Source: a virus
Taxonomy: Duplodnaviria; Caudoviricetes
Reading direction: 5' to 3' (one strand)
Length of the DNA stretch: 58,694 bases
IMG/VR virus record: IMGVR_UViG_3300020463_002739
Location: 1 to 58,694 of that record
Part shown: piece after piece, positions 9,064-19,946 of the stretch
Layout: every line of letters starts with the position of its first letter
How positions within the stretch are numbered: the first letter of the stretch is position 1
Notes under the pieces: generated by a model
Databases searched by the model: none
What the model was told of the DNA's origin: nothing
What the model saw: only the letters and a program-made list of their open reading frames with translations
Program-made: the position numbers and the translations under genes

Positions 9064-10121
9064 TGTATTATTTTGTTACAGCATCGATAGATTCAAGCAT
9101 ATATTTACAACAACCATCTCAAAACACTGGTTTAGATGAGGTACTTGAAGTATCTAAAGTGTATTATGGTTCGTTAAAAGATATATCTCGTACACTTATT
9201 AAGTTTGATATCAATGGATTATCATCTTCATTAGCAAGTGGTGATGTAACAATGAGTGCTGCAGATTTAATTTTAAGAGAATGTGAATCTTCAGAAATCC
9301 CCTTACAGTATGTTATTGAAGCATATCCTATCTCACAATCTTGGGAAATGGGAATCGGTACACGATTTGATGATATATCAACTGATGGTGTAACTTGGAA
9401 CTATAGAGCAAGTGGTTCTAATTGGTTAAATGGAACGATGAATCCACAAACAACTGGTTCATTTAATGGTAAGGGTGGTACTTGGTATACTGGTTCCGAA
9501 GCAACACAATCATTCTCATATGAAAGTGCAGATATTAGTATGAATGTTTTATCTGCAATGAACAGTTGGATTAGTAGTACTTTTCCAAACGAAGGTTTTA
9601 TAATCAAACACGAATCATCTAAAGAGAATAATACCATTGATTATGGTCAATTAAAGTTCTTTGGAAAAGAAACACACACAATACACCAACCAAAGGTGAG
9701 AATTGCGTGGGACGATTCGGTTTTTCAAACTGGTTCACTATCTTCAATTACTTTAACTGAGGATATAAAAATAAACTGTAAGAGATTAAAGAAATCATAT
9801 AAAGTTAATACTACCCCAAGAATAGAAGTACATGGTAGAGAACTTTATCCAGCAAGAACTTTTAGTAACGAATTTGCATATAATGATGTTAAGTATTTAC
9901 CAACCTCATCGTATTATCAAATTACAGATTTGAACAGTAACGATATTGTAATTCCATTTGGTGATTATTCTAAACTTTCATGCGATGCGAATGGTAATTA
10001 TTTTAAAGTTAATCTTAAAAACTTTGAAATCAACAGAGAATATAAAGTTGAATTTAAAGTTGAAAGAAGTGGTTCTGTAGAATATTTTGATAACGATTTA
10101 AGTTTTGAAGTGGTTAAATAA
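9063..10121 (+). CDS. virion structural protein with DNRLRE/CBM96-like beta domain
   Basis: DSSIY...NTGLDEVLEV...SRTLIKFD...L.L...YPISQSWEMG...VTW...GFIIK...F..KET...P pattern; baseplate operon. Confidence 0.55.
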   Translation: MYYFVTASIDSSIYLQQPSQNTGLDEVLEVSKVYYGSLKDISRTLIKFDINGLSSSLASGDVTMSAADLILRECESSEIPLQYVIEAYPISQSWEMGIGTRFDDISTDGVTWNYRASGSNWLNGTMNPQTTGSFNGKGGTWYTGSEATQSFSYESADISMNVLSAMNSWISSTFPNEGFIIKHESSKENNTIDYGQLKFFGKETHTIHQPKVRIAWDDSVFQTGSLSSITLTEDIKINCKRLKKSYKVNTTPRIEVHGRELYPARTFSNEFAYNDVKYLPTSSYYQITDLNSNDIVIPFGDYSKLSCDANGNYFKVNLKNFEINREYKVEFKVERSGSVEYFDNDLSFEVVK

Positions 10122-11272
10122 TGGCATTAGGAGATAAAGAAAGAGCAAAAGAATTAATAGATAAGAGTAGTTCAAAAACAGTTAAGTATTTTGAACAAGA
10201 AACTCGACAAATCCACCTTGCAAAAGACGGTAAGGATGGAGAATCTGTTGCCTTTTTAGAACTTCCCAAATATGTTGATGAAGAAATTAAAAAATCTATT
10301 GATATCAATGTTGATGAACTTGTTAAAAATAGAAAAGATTTACCCGATGTAGTACTAAGAAGTTTATATGATGAAGTAGTTGCAGATTTAGCAGCAGCAA
10401 ATTCAAGAATAGAAACATTAGAAGGTGAAGTTGCTGATTTGACCGCACAGCTTGCATCTATGACTGCTCAGAGAGATAACGAAAGAGAACAAAGAATAGC
10501 AGCAGAAATGGCTCTTGCAGAACTTGAAAACTTATATATAGCACTATCAGACCAATTTCAAGATACAACTCTTGAATTACAAAGAGCGATAGAGCGTTCA
10601 ACTCAAGAGGCAGTTGAGAGAGTATCACTTGAAGCACGATTCGAAGCAATTAAAGCAAGATTGGCAGCATCGTTACTAGCAATTGAAGTAGCAGAAGAAC
10701 AAACTGAATTAGCACAACAAAGAAATTATTTAAATTCTAATTTACTTGAAGAGGGTAACCAATTTGTTTGGAAGATACCTGTAAACAATATTACAAAAGC
10801 AGACTTTAGTGGTTTCTTTATTGATTATGGTGGGAATAAGTCAACGACCTCAACACCAAAGAATGGTGAAGAAGTAGTATTCTATAACTTTACAGACCAA
10901 GAGATGACGGTAACAGTAACAAGGTCACATCCAGATGGTCCTAACTCTGGTCAATCACAATCAATGAAGTTCCCAACTTCGTTTAAAATATCTGCAGGTA
11001 GTGGTGAGGCTAATCCAGATACTGGTAGAGTTGCAGTTCCAGGTGTAACATCAATCCAGGCAGGATTTATTAGACCAGGTGGTTGGAGTGAAACTAATGG
11101 AAGTAGTTGGAGAAAGAGACCAGAAACTGCATTCACATTCAATGCAAGTAATGGAGATAGTTTAACAACATTTAAATACAGATATAAAAGGTCGTACAAA
11201 ACATCTGCAGATGCAGATAATAGATATAGTAACACCTATGAAATAAAAAGAGATGTAGATGTTTCAGAATAA
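10121..11272 (+). CDS. structural protein with long coiled coil and C-terminal beta domain
   Basis: Heptad-rich region (about aa 80-200) followed by a Gly/Ser/Thr beta-rich domain. Confidence 0.6.
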   Translation: MALGDKERAKELIDKSSSKTVKYFEQETRQIHLAKDGKDGESVAFLELPKYVDEEIKKSIDINVDELVKNRKDLPDVVLRSLYDEVVADLAAANSRIETLEGEVADLTAQLASMTAQRDNEREQRIAAEMALAELENLYIALSDQFQDTTLELQRAIERSTQEAVERVSLEARFEAIKARLAASLLAIEVAEEQTELAQQRNYLNSNLLEEGNQFVWKIPVNNITKADFSGFFIDYGGNKSTTSTPKNGEEVVFYNFTDQEMTVTVTRSHPDGPNSGQSQSMKFPTSFKISAGSGEANPDTGRVAVPGVTSIQAGFIRPGGWSETNGSSWRKRPETAFTFNASNGDSLTTFKYRYKRSYKTSADADNRYSNTYEIKRDVDVSE

Positions 11273-11274
11273 TT

Positions 11275-12732
11275 ATGGCAGCAGAGGATTTTAAAAATAT
11301 AGACACAAGGACAGGGTTTAGGATACTCGATAAAGATAGAGCTATCATTGAACGCGGTAAAATGGAATCTTACTTCGGTAGAGGTAAAGAAGATTTTATT
11401 GAGTTTTCTATATTTGATGCAAGCGATAATCAGTTGCCTCAAGGAGAAGCCGGCGAACTAACAAGACACATTTCTTTAAATAGATTAAATATCAACGAGT
11501 ATTTCTTAGTAAAAGATAATGGTAAAGATGGTGGTGTTGAGTATTTTATTGATGTAGAAAAAATTATTAGAGAGGCAGGATACGAACAAGGTTTGTTTAA
11601 AATACAATATCAACTTTTAAACAACAGAGTTGGTAGATATAATACCGAAAAAATGTTTATCCACGAAATCGCACCATCAAGAACTGAGATTAGATTAGTA
11701 CCAGTTACCGATAATGATGGTAAGGTAGATGAAGAATTGTTCAAAAGATATGATGGATTTACAAAAGGAAAAACATTTAGAGATGATGTAATTTATATGT
11801 ACGATGCTTTTATCGATACTATAAAGGTTGAAGAAATTATTACAAGATTTTTAAATAAATATGGTGCACCATATAGAGATTTAATTTTAAAAGAATTCAA
11901 TGTTACTTCTTTTGAACAACTAATTAAAAGAATTGTAGATAAGTTAAAACAAGCAATGCAATATTATACAGAAGGAAAGTACTTTGACCCTGCAGACCAA
12001 ATAAATTACGGTAAACCAAATCCAAATTCAGATGATACTTTTTTAGATGTTAATGAGTTATTAAAAAATATATTAAAGATAACCTGTGATATTACTGATA
12101 TAGAACTTCCAAAAAGAAACTTACAAGATGAAACCTATCTTTCAATGACTATGGATGATAGTGTTGATGTAAGAGACGAAATAAATACAATTAGAGGAGA
12201 TGCAACATTTGAACCAACACCGACAGTAGATGATACTACAGATGACACTGATGTTGTAGATACTACAGATGATACAGATGATACAGATAGTGGAGATATC
12301 ACATCCTTCTTAACAGTAACACCAGGTCAAGTTGATAATGGTAGAAAAGAAGGAGGTAGTTTTGGTTTGGCTGTTAATTCATCTTCAAGAGGTGTAATCT
12401 CTATTTCATATAATGATGGTAATGGATGGGTAAGTGCAAATAGAAATAAATTCAATGCAGGTAATACTTTAGTTACCTTTACTTATCAAAGGAATGATGG
12501 TATAATAGCTGTAGATGATGATATCGATATCAAGCCAAATGATGAAATTATATCAATCGGACCAGGTAGTGGTGACCAAGATGGGGCGAGACCATTCACT
12601 GGTGGTGGTGGAAGTGGAATAGAATTTGAATTTGATGTAAACGCATATTTAGAATCTATGTCTGAACGAGGTAGACAGTTAGGTAATAATATACAATTAG
12701 GTGGAAGAATTTCCGACCCACAATATAGATAG
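11275..12732 (+). CDS. virion structural protein; C-terminal partial BACON-like domain
   Basis: FIHEIAPSRTEIRL segment, Asp/Thr linker (VDDTTDDTDVVDTTDDTDD), then LTVTP...GWVS...VTFTYQRN BACON-like strands. Confidence 0.6.
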   Translation: MAAEDFKNIDTRTGFRILDKDRAIIERGKMESYFGRGKEDFIEFSIFDASDNQLPQGEAGELTRHISLNRLNINEYFLVKDNGKDGGVEYFIDVEKIIREAGYEQGLFKIQYQLLNNRVGRYNTEKMFIHEIAPSRTEIRLVPVTDNDGKVDEELFKRYDGFTKGKTFRDDVIYMYDAFIDTIKVEEIITRFLNKYGAPYRDLILKEFNVTSFEQLIKRIVDKLKQAMQYYTEGKYFDPADQINYGKPNPNSDDTFLDVNELLKNILKITCDITDIELPKRNLQDETYLSMTMDDSVDVRDEINTIRGDATFEPTPTVDDTTDDTDVVDTTDDTDDTDSGDITSFLTVTPGQVDNGRKEGGSFGLAVNSSSRGVISISYNDGNGWVSANRNKFNAGNTLVTFTYQRNDGIIAVDDDIDIKPNDEIISIGPGSGDQDGARPFTGGGGSGIEFEFDVNAYLESMSERGRQLGNNIQLGGRISDPQYR

Positions 12733-12740
12733 GAGAAAAA

Positions 12741-13289
12741 ATGGCATTTAGAAGCGTTAGAATAACTTTTACAAATGAAGATGGTAATTCAAAACAAATT
12801 ACCTTCAAACAAGAAGTTGGTAAACCAATTACAATACCAGTTAGAGATGAGCCAGTAGCTGTAAAACCAACACCTCAGCCAACACCATCTCCAGCAGTAC
12901 AAACAACACCAGAAGAAATTGGTAATCAATTAAATCAACCAATATCTTACTTACAAGCTGCTGTTCAACCATATAATGATGGTAGATTTAGTCAACCAAT
13001 AGGAATGATAAACTCACCAACTTATGATGAACCTAAACTTGAAGCACCTAAACCGCCACCACCAAAATCATCTGGTGCAAGTATGGGAGCTGGATATACA
13101 CAAAATATACAAGTAAAAGATAGTTCGACTGGACAAATGATAACACAGGCAGTTACACAAGAAATGATAAATAGTAATCCTTCATTAGCAAGTTTTTACG
13201 CAGACAATGGTTACATAACATCAAACCAATGGCAAATGGCAAATGGTAATACAACGGGTAGATTCCCAACCGGAAGGCCGGAATTTTAA
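12741..13289 (+). CDS. Pro/Gln-rich structural protein starting with BACON-like terminal strands
   Basis: N-terminus RSVRITFTNEDGNSKQITFKQ; remainder low-complexity; SD AGGAG upstream. Confidence 0.6.
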   Translation: MAFRSVRITFTNEDGNSKQITFKQEVGKPITIPVRDEPVAVKPTPQPTPSPAVQTTPEEIGNQLNQPISYLQAAVQPYNDGRFSQPIGMINSPTYDEPKLEAPKPPPPKSSGASMGAGYTQNIQVKDSSTGQMITQAVTQEMINSNPSLASFYADNGYITSNQWQMANGNTTGRFPTGRPEF

Positions 13290-13302
13290 AAGGATATAGA
13301 TT

Positions 13303-16300
13303 ATGTTTGGAAATATGGGAAATAGTAGTTTTGCGTTCTTAAACTCGATAGCAGAGTCATTCAATGACCCTGCAGCAAGAGCTAGTGCGTATAACCCATT
13401 TCCACAAAATCAAACTCAAAATACTTTCTCACCTGGTAATTATTCTTTACCAGTTACTACATATGTGCCTGGCCCTCCAACTACCTCACCAACTACTGTA
13501 CGAACAAACCCTATACCAAATACCAGTCCACTTACTGGTATGAGTACTAACTATAGTAGTGGTGGAAGTACAAGAACTTTTAATCAACAAGATAGGGATT
13601 TAATAATATCAAGTGGTAATGCACCAGCTGCAGGTATCAGTACTGGTGTACCCGCGGGTTCAACGAAGGTAAATGCAACTACAAGTGTTGCAACAAATGT
13701 ACCCGTACAATCACAACCTACAGTACAGTTAACGCAGGTAGCTTCAAATGCTACAACCAAAGAAGTAACTCAAGTAACTGATAGTGATGCACTTGGTCTT
13801 ACCTCGGCAGGATTTACAGTTGATGAAATTGGAATATCAGATGGTGGAGCTGGAGCTATTAATAGTGGTGGATTGGGTGATAGTGGTGCAGGTAATAGAA
13901 ACATATCATTAAGACCTACTAAAGTTACAAGATTTTTATATGGCCCATATCTTGATTTTTGTAGTGCGTACGCAGGACGAAAACAAATGGGTAGGAGAAC
14001 TGTTTACATTGATAATGCTAGTGACCCAACATATCAGGCATATGATTTTTATGGTTCTCCTGATAATGCAGATAGTAGATTTAGAGGTCAAAATAGATTT
14101 TACTATGATGATATATATGGAGGAGTAGTTCAAATAGGTTTTGGTGGTCAAAGTATGGGTATGCTGGATGAAGAAGAACTCCAAGTTGAATGTAAAGTTA
14201 AAATCCCAATAAAACCTAAAAAAGTTAGTGTAACTTTAAATTTTAGCAAAGGAAACAATCACCCTTCACCACAATCTATAGTAAACCCTTCAGGTCAATT
14301 TACATCAAGAGTAAGTGGTACTATAGATAGAACAGGTGGAAGTAGAACAGAGGTAGTTGAACTTACAACGACTTCTGCTGGATTACAAACAACATTTTTT
14401 AGAGCATATAATGGTACAGTTAATAATGGTTCTATTACAGAATACAAATTAGAGTATTATGGTAAGTGGTATTTTAAATTATATAAAAGAACAAATATTA
14501 ATGGTTCACCAACTCCATATAGTGTAGTTTCTACACAAAGGATTACTGATAAAGGAAACTCTGTATCTCCAACGAGTATTAGTTTTAATTTATCTTTTGA
14601 TTATTTAAAGATAACACCACCACCAGTAAGGTCATTAACTGTATCTCCACCAACAGTAAACTTAAAAAGCACTGCTCAAGCAAGAGGAACTTTTACTATT
14701 ATAAGTTCACATCTTACAAAAGTTAACGCAATAAATGGTGCAACAAATGTAAAACACTCTGCACAGAGACAGGGACCAGATGGTAAGTATATTTCTACTG
14801 TTGATTATATTATTCCAGCAGCATCTGAGTTCGAATCATTTTCAGGTGAAAAAGAAGTGTATACATTTAAAGTTATGCACACCGATGTTAGTGGGCCAGG
14901 TCAAGCAGGTACATATGCTCAACACATGGTTTATCAACCAAAGTTGGTACAAATAAAAATTGACCCCCCTAAATCATATCCAGTCCAATTTAAGGTTAGA
15001 TATAAATTGGGTGAAAATGGAGTAAAGAGTGCAACAATAAATTGTGCTGGTGACTCCTCAATGAATGGTAGGATAGGTGAAACTAAAACAACAAGTAAAG
15101 TACAATTCTCTGAAACTTTTACTGGTTCACAAAAGGCGTTTACATGGACTGCATCAGCTCCAAATAGAATAGGAATAGATACTTACACTGCTAATGTTGT
15201 TGGTTCAAATAGAAATCCAGGCCCATCAAGTTTAGAAATTTATAGAAATGGTAAACTCTTTGCAAAACAAGAATTAAGTTTTGGTCAATTTGGTTATAAA
15301 GGCTCTTTAGTTTATGATGCAGGAAACCAACCTATAGATTTATTATTTGGATTTAACACAGTAGTTAAAGATGAAGAAAAAGACCCTGCACAATTAATAA
15401 TTAGGTCAAACATAAATACGGGTAATTGGGGTTATATTGAAATTCAAGATTTTGATGGTGATATAATATGGGAAGGGGATATAAGTTCATTTGATTCTAA
15501 CGATGAAAGCGATATCAAATCATCTGCTAAAATTGGATTTCAATATAAAGTAAATCTTAATAAAGGATTTGTAGTTGAAAAAATTGAACAAAAATCACCA
15601 GTTGTTCGAGCAGTTGACCCTAAATTATTAGGTACTGGATTTAGACAAGTTTCAGATGGAACATTAGATGAATACGAAGTTTCTGTAAGAAGAGAAGTAA
15701 ATGAAGAGGTTAATCCAGAAGTATTTCCAGCAAGAACAACATTTGAGTATCCAATAAATAGTGGAGCTAATGTAAACATACCATATTCTTCAAGAAATAC
15801 TTCTTATGTGAATTTCAAACTTCCATTTAATGAGGTAAATAACCAACCAGCAAATGGTAACTTTAAATTAGATGATAAGTACTTTACTAAAGGATTAGGA
15901 AGGTATCTAATAAATCTTTGTCCATATGGACCAAATGGTGAAAAGGGTGAAGAAAAACAAGTAGAAATAAATGTTGTAAGAAAAGAAACTACTAATTTTC
16001 CTGATATTAGAAAGATTAGTTATCCAAAATTAATTAAAGGAAAAGATTTTATAGGTTTAAATGTACCATTCTCATTCTCATATCAATCTGTCTATACAGA
16101 TTATGTAAAAGTATTTTTACATGATAAAGGAACTCGTATAGGTGGTAATAGGGCTGCAACAGATGCTATTAAATTAAATGTTCAAGATTTAGTAAAATAC
16201 ACAAACAAGTTTACAAAATCTGGTGATAAATATACATTTAACTTTTTACTTGTTCCATTTGGAAACGCTAATGGAAAAACTCTTGAGGGTAAGACAGAAC

Positions 16301-19300
16301 AAATTACAATCGTATTTGATGAGGGAGATTTTACATTAAATAGAGATGAAGTAATAGATAGAATATGTAAATCAGTTGCTTCCCAATTAGACCCAGATTT
16401 CTTTGATGGAAGAACTTCTAAATTACTAACACATCTATTACACTTTGGAGATGCTAACAATGAAATAATTTCTAATTGGGAAGCGGATACAGAAACATTT
16501 AGAGAATACAAAGTAGACCCAAAAACTGGTAGAGAGACAAACGAAAAGAAAGAAGGTGGATTCGATGCACTTGTACTTAAAATGTACGAACCACTTGAAA
16601 CAACTGTACAACCAAATCAACAAGTTTGGGTTACTAAAATACAATCTAAACCTCAAATTCATGAGGTAATTTTAAGGGAGAGTCAAGAAGATAGTTGTCC
16701 TCCTCTTGCAGCACCTAACTTTACTATTGATGTTAGTTCTGGTATGCAGTATGAAATATTTGATGATATTTTAGCAGTAAGTGAAAGTGCAACTAACGCA
16801 TCTTTAGTAAATACATTTGTATCACAAAGTGGAATCGATACTACTAAATTAGATATTGATTATATAAGTGGTTCAATAACTTATAACACAAGTTCAAACT
16901 CATATGAAAGTGCATCTTTACAACTTGCATATGAAAACTTTTCTCACTTTGGTTCTGCAGAAGAAAGAATTAAAAACTTTTACTACAAAGTTGGTTTAAT
17001 AGAAAACTATACAAATATTTCTGCATCACTTGAAACTGGTAGTTCAAAAACATCTTTATCTGTTGTTGCTGAAAAACAGAGACAGATTAGAAAAATAAAC
17101 GAAGTTAAGGCAGGATTTGATGGATTCGAAGAGTTCCTATATACAGACACAGGCTCTCTCGCATATCCAAAAAATTCAGGTGGTAATCTTTTAGGAACTG
17201 GTAGTTCAGATGCACTGGCATGGTATAACAATAATGTTTTTAGTGCAAGTAAATACGATTACGATAATGTAAACTACTTACCGAATAACATTCCACAATT
17301 CGTAAAAGACGATGAGGAAAATGGTGAGTTCATTATGTTTTTAGATATGATTGGTCAACACTTTGATATTTTGTGGACATATGTTGAATCTATTAATAGA
17401 ACAAGAAAAATAGAACACAAACAAAAATCAGGTCTTTCAGATGAGTTAGTGAGAGAGATGTTGCGTTCGTTTGGATATAAACCAAACTCATCAATCGAAA
17501 CTGCACCTTTATGGGAATTTGCCTTAGGACAATATAACTCAGCAAATTCAACAAGAACTGATGGAACTAGTCAATCAGTAATGACTGGTAAAGATAGACA
17601 GAATCAAATATGGAGAAGAATATTAAATAATCTTCCTTACTTATATAAATCTAAAGGTACTAAGCGAGGATTACAGGCAACTCTTGCAACATATGGTATT
17701 GGTGAAAATTTACTTAGAATAAAAGAATTTGGAGGCCCACCTGCTCAATTAACAACTTTAACAAAGATAAAAAATACAGAAAGGGTTAACTCTGCACAAT
17801 TAGTAAGTAATGCTAATTCTAAAGTAATAATACCATGGCACACTGGTTCTTCGTATCCACAAACAATAGAATTTTCTTTACAAACAGATACGAGACAAAA
17901 CGCAAAAATTGTATCTCATGATAATTTTTACTTAACACTAAATACAGATACTGGTTCTCAAGCAACATTTACCTTCCACATAACTGGTAGTGATACATCC
18001 ATATCTGCATCAACTGCACCTATAACATTCTTTAATGAAGAAATCAATACCTTCATGATAAGAAGAAGTGCTACTGCAGTTAATGAGGTATTTGATATCT
18101 TTGTAAAAGAACCAAGAGCAAAAAGAATACGAGCAGAAGTATCTCAATCAGTATCAACTGCAATCGGACAATCTGGTTGGGGTAGTGGTTCAACACTTGA
18201 AATAGGTGGTGTAGTAGGAACGATTGATAATGTAAAACTTTGGAAAACTGCTTTATCGGAATCGATATTTAATGAGCATGTTCTTGCACCTGATATGTAC
18301 AATGGTAACTCTATCACTGCATCTACTGAAGATTTATTTGTAAGACTAGATTTTGAAAAAGTAAAAGATTTGAGTACAAATGACTCTTTCTCTAATAGTG
18401 GTTCTTATAAAAATGTTGCACCAAACACTTCATTATATGGTGATACTTTTGTAACAATGAGTAAATTTACAACAAGTGGTACATATCCTCATAGTAGTTT
18501 TGAAGTTAAAACTGTAGAAAGAACAAGAACAATTCCATCTGTTGGGTTTGGTGAATCTGATAAAATATCAGCAATAAACCCAACACTCCAAACAGAATTA
18601 TCAGCAAAAGCAAGAGCAACAAAAACATTAACTGCAACTACTGGTATTGAATCAAATAGAATTGGTATATTTATTTCACCAACTGCTAATGTTAATAGAG
18701 ATATTATAAAAGCTCTTGGTGGAACATTTAGACTTGATGATTTTATTGGAGACCCATGTGACCAGTATGAAGAAGAATATACAGACCTTATAAACTTTAG
18801 AAAAAAATTCTTTAGTAAGTATTCGATAAATTACGATGGATTCTACAATCTCATAAAATATATTGACAAAACATTATTCAAAACATTATTAGGTGGAACT
18901 CCTGCTAGGTCAAAACCAAATACAGGTTTACTTATTGAACCACACTTACTTGAAAGAAATAAAGCTAGGAGAAAAAAACCATCTGGTATTGTTTTCGAAG
19001 AACAAATAGGTGTAGAAGATATATCAAAAGGCTCAGTAATTAGCATTGATGGAGATAGTATACAAATAGAAGGATTGTATTCACAATCACAATTACAACC
19101 AGAATTTAGTGGTGATACTGTAAACTTTGAAACAACGATGTCTCATGACTTTGTTAATAATCTATCAAGTGAAACTGTAAACTTTGAAACAACTATGTCT
19201 CATGATTTTGTTAATAACTTAACATCATCATTTTCTTTACTTGAAAGTTTTATAACTGGCTCTGCACCAAGTCCTATCAATACAACTATTGCGAGTGTGA

Positions 19301-19887
19301 ATAGTAACGAAGGTTCAATTATATTTAATATACCATCCCCATTAACTGGTTCTGCAGTTGGTATCTATGTAAGGGATGCATTTGAAACAGTACCTCCACA
19401 AGAAAATGATTATACATCATTTGGGTTTGGGGTAACTGGTGGTAAGAATGGACACTCAATAGTAACATTTAATACACCAAATGGTAGAGATAAAGAAAGA
19501 AGAAAATATTATTTAATAACAGAAACAGAAACAGATATATTTCCAATATTGAATAATAGTAACGACCAATCGAGTGGATATAATAATCAAACTGTTACAA
19601 CAAGTAAACAAAAAATAACATTTACATCCATCTCAGGTTCGGCACCTTCAGTTGCAGGAAACATCACGGCGGTTAAACCACTTGTAGGAAATTTACCGTC
19701 TCATTATATTTATATTAAAGACACTTCATTAGGGATGGAAAATTCTTTCTTTAATGGATGTAAACAAACACAAGCAACAACTATTGATGGTGGTCCTGCT
19801 TTTGAAACTTTTGTTACTAATCCTAACACATTGAAGGTTTCTGATAGTGGAAGAGGTAGTGGAGAACCAATATTAGATGTTGAATAA
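13303..19887 (+). CDS. very large (2194 aa) baseplate/tail structural protein (gp7-like position) with Ig-like and LamG-like segments
   Basis: Ser/Thr-rich N-terminus, beta-sandwich-like repeats, FLDMIGQHFDILW and IWRRILNNLPYLYKSKGTKRGL...YGI...IKEFGG (P2 gpI/gp7-like 'KGT..G' motif), LamG-like IDNVKLWKTALS. Confidence 0.65.
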   Translation: MFGNMGNSSFAFLNSIAESFNDPAARASAYNPFPQNQTQNTFSPGNYSLPVTTYVPGPPTTSPTTVRTNPIPNTSPLTGMSTNYSSGGSTRTFNQQDRDLIISSGNAPAAGISTGVPAGSTKVNATTSVATNVPVQSQPTVQLTQVASNATTKEVTQVTDSDALGLTSAGFTVDEIGISDGGAGAINSGGLGDSGAGNRNISLRPTKVTRFLYGPYLDFCSAYAGRKQMGRRTVYIDNASDPTYQAYDFYGSPDNADSRFRGQNRFYYDDIYGGVVQIGFGGQSMGMLDEEELQVECKVKIPIKPKKVSVTLNFSKGNNHPSPQSIVNPSGQFTSRVSGTIDRTGGSRTEVVELTTTSAGLQTTFFRAYNGTVNNGSITEYKLEYYGKWYFKLYKRTNINGSPTPYSVVSTQRITDKGNSVSPTSISFNLSFDYLKITPPPVRSLTVSPPTVNLKSTAQARGTFTIISSHLTKVNAINGATNVKHSAQRQGPDGKYISTVDYIIPAASEFESFSGEKEVYTFKVMHTDVSGPGQAGTYAQHMVYQPKLVQIKIDPPKSYPVQFKVRYKLGENGVKSATINCAGDSSMNGRIGETKTTSKVQFSETFTGSQKAFTWTASAPNRIGIDTYTANVVGSNRNPGPSSLEIYRNGKLFAKQELSFGQFGYKGSLVYDAGNQPIDLLFGFNTVVKDEEKDPAQLIIRSNINTGNWGYIEIQDFDGDIIWEGDISSFDSNDESDIKSSAKIGFQYKVNLNKGFVVEKIEQKSPVVRAVDPKLLGTGFRQVSDGTLDEYEVSVRREVNEEVNPEVFPARTTFEYPINSGANVNIPYSSRNTSYVNFKLPFNEVNNQPANGNFKLDDKYFTKGLGRYLINLCPYGPNGEKGEEKQVEINVVRKETTNFPDIRKISYPKLIKGKDFIGLNVPFSFSYQSVYTDYVKVFLHDKGTRIGGNRAATDAIKLNVQDLVKYTNKFTKSGDKYTFNFLLVPFGNANGKTLEGKTEQITIVFDEGDFTLNRDEVIDRICKSVASQLDPDFFDGRTSKLLTHLLHFGDANNEIISNWEADTETFREYKVDPKTGRETNEKKEGGFDALVLKMYEPLETTVQPNQQVWVTKIQSKPQIHEVILRESQEDSCPPLAAPNFTIDVSSGMQYEIFDDILAVSESATNASLVNTFVSQSGIDTTKLDIDYISGSITYNTSSNSYESASLQLAYENFSHFGSAEERIKNFYYKVGLIENYTNISASLETGSSKTSLSVVAEKQRQIRKINEVKAGFDGFEEFLYTDTGSLAYPKNSGGNLLGTGSSDALAWYNNNVFSASKYDYDNVNYLPNNIPQFVKDDEENGEFIMFLDMIGQHFDILWTYVESINRTRKIEHKQKSGLSDELVREMLRSFGYKPNSSIETAPLWEFALGQYNSANSTRTDGTSQSVMTGKDRQNQIWRRILNNLPYLYKSKGTKRGLQATLATYGIGENLLRIKEFGGPPAQLTTLTKIKNTERVNSAQLVSNANSKVIIPWHTGSSYPQTIEFSLQTDTRQNAKIVSHDNFYLTLNTDTGSQATFTFHITGSDTSISASTAPITFFNEEINTFMIRRSATAVNEVFDIFVKEPRAKRIRAEVSQSVSTAIGQSGWGSGSTLEIGGVVGTIDNVKLWKTALSESIFNEHVLAPDMYNGNSITASTEDLFVRLDFEKVKDLSTNDSFSNSGSYKNVAPNTSLYGDTFVTMSKFTTSGTYPHSSFEVKTVERTRTIPSVGFGESDKISAINPTLQTELSAKARATKTLTATTGIESNRIGIFISPTANVNRDIIKALGGTFRLDDFIGDPCDQYEEEYTDLINFRKKFFSKYSINYDGFYNLIKYIDKTLFKTLLGGTPARSKPNTGLLIEPHLLERNKARRKKPSGIVFEEQIGVEDISKGSVISIDGDSIQIEGLYSQSQLQPEFSGDTVNFETTMSHDFVNNLSSETVNFETTMSHDFVNNLTSSFSLLESFITGSAPSPINTTIASVNSNEGSIIFNIPSPLTGSAVGIYVRDAFETVPPQENDYTSFGFGVTGGKNGHSIVTFNTPNGRDKERRKYYLITETETDIFPILNNSNDQSSGYNNQTVTTSKQKITFTSISGSAPSVAGNITAVKPLVGNLPSHYIYIKDTSLGMENSFFNGCKQTQATTIDGGPAFETFVTNPNTLKVSDSGRGSGEPILDVE
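19117..19225 (+). repeat. 57-nt tandem repeat (19 aa, TVNFETTMSHDFVNNLSSE) x2
   Basis: Copies start at 19117 and 19174 and differ mainly at synonymous sites. Confidence 0.9.
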
Positions 19888-19908
19888 TATTTATTTTTGA
19901 AAAAACTT

Positions 19909-19918
19909 ATATTTATAT
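19909..19918 (+). promoter_or_regulatory. candidate late promoter motif ATATTTATAT
   Basis: Exact motif upstream of ATG 19947. Confidence 0.6.
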
Positions 19919-19946
19919 ACTGAAAGGTTAAAAAGGAAAAAAAATT

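Noticed and set aside
12502-12749. Self-splicing intron or translational bypass rejoining the split BACON-like halves
   Set aside because: The intervening DNA is open coding sequence with normal codon usage, the downstream gene has its own SD and ATG, and no intron core was recognisable; not fully excluded without RNA data.
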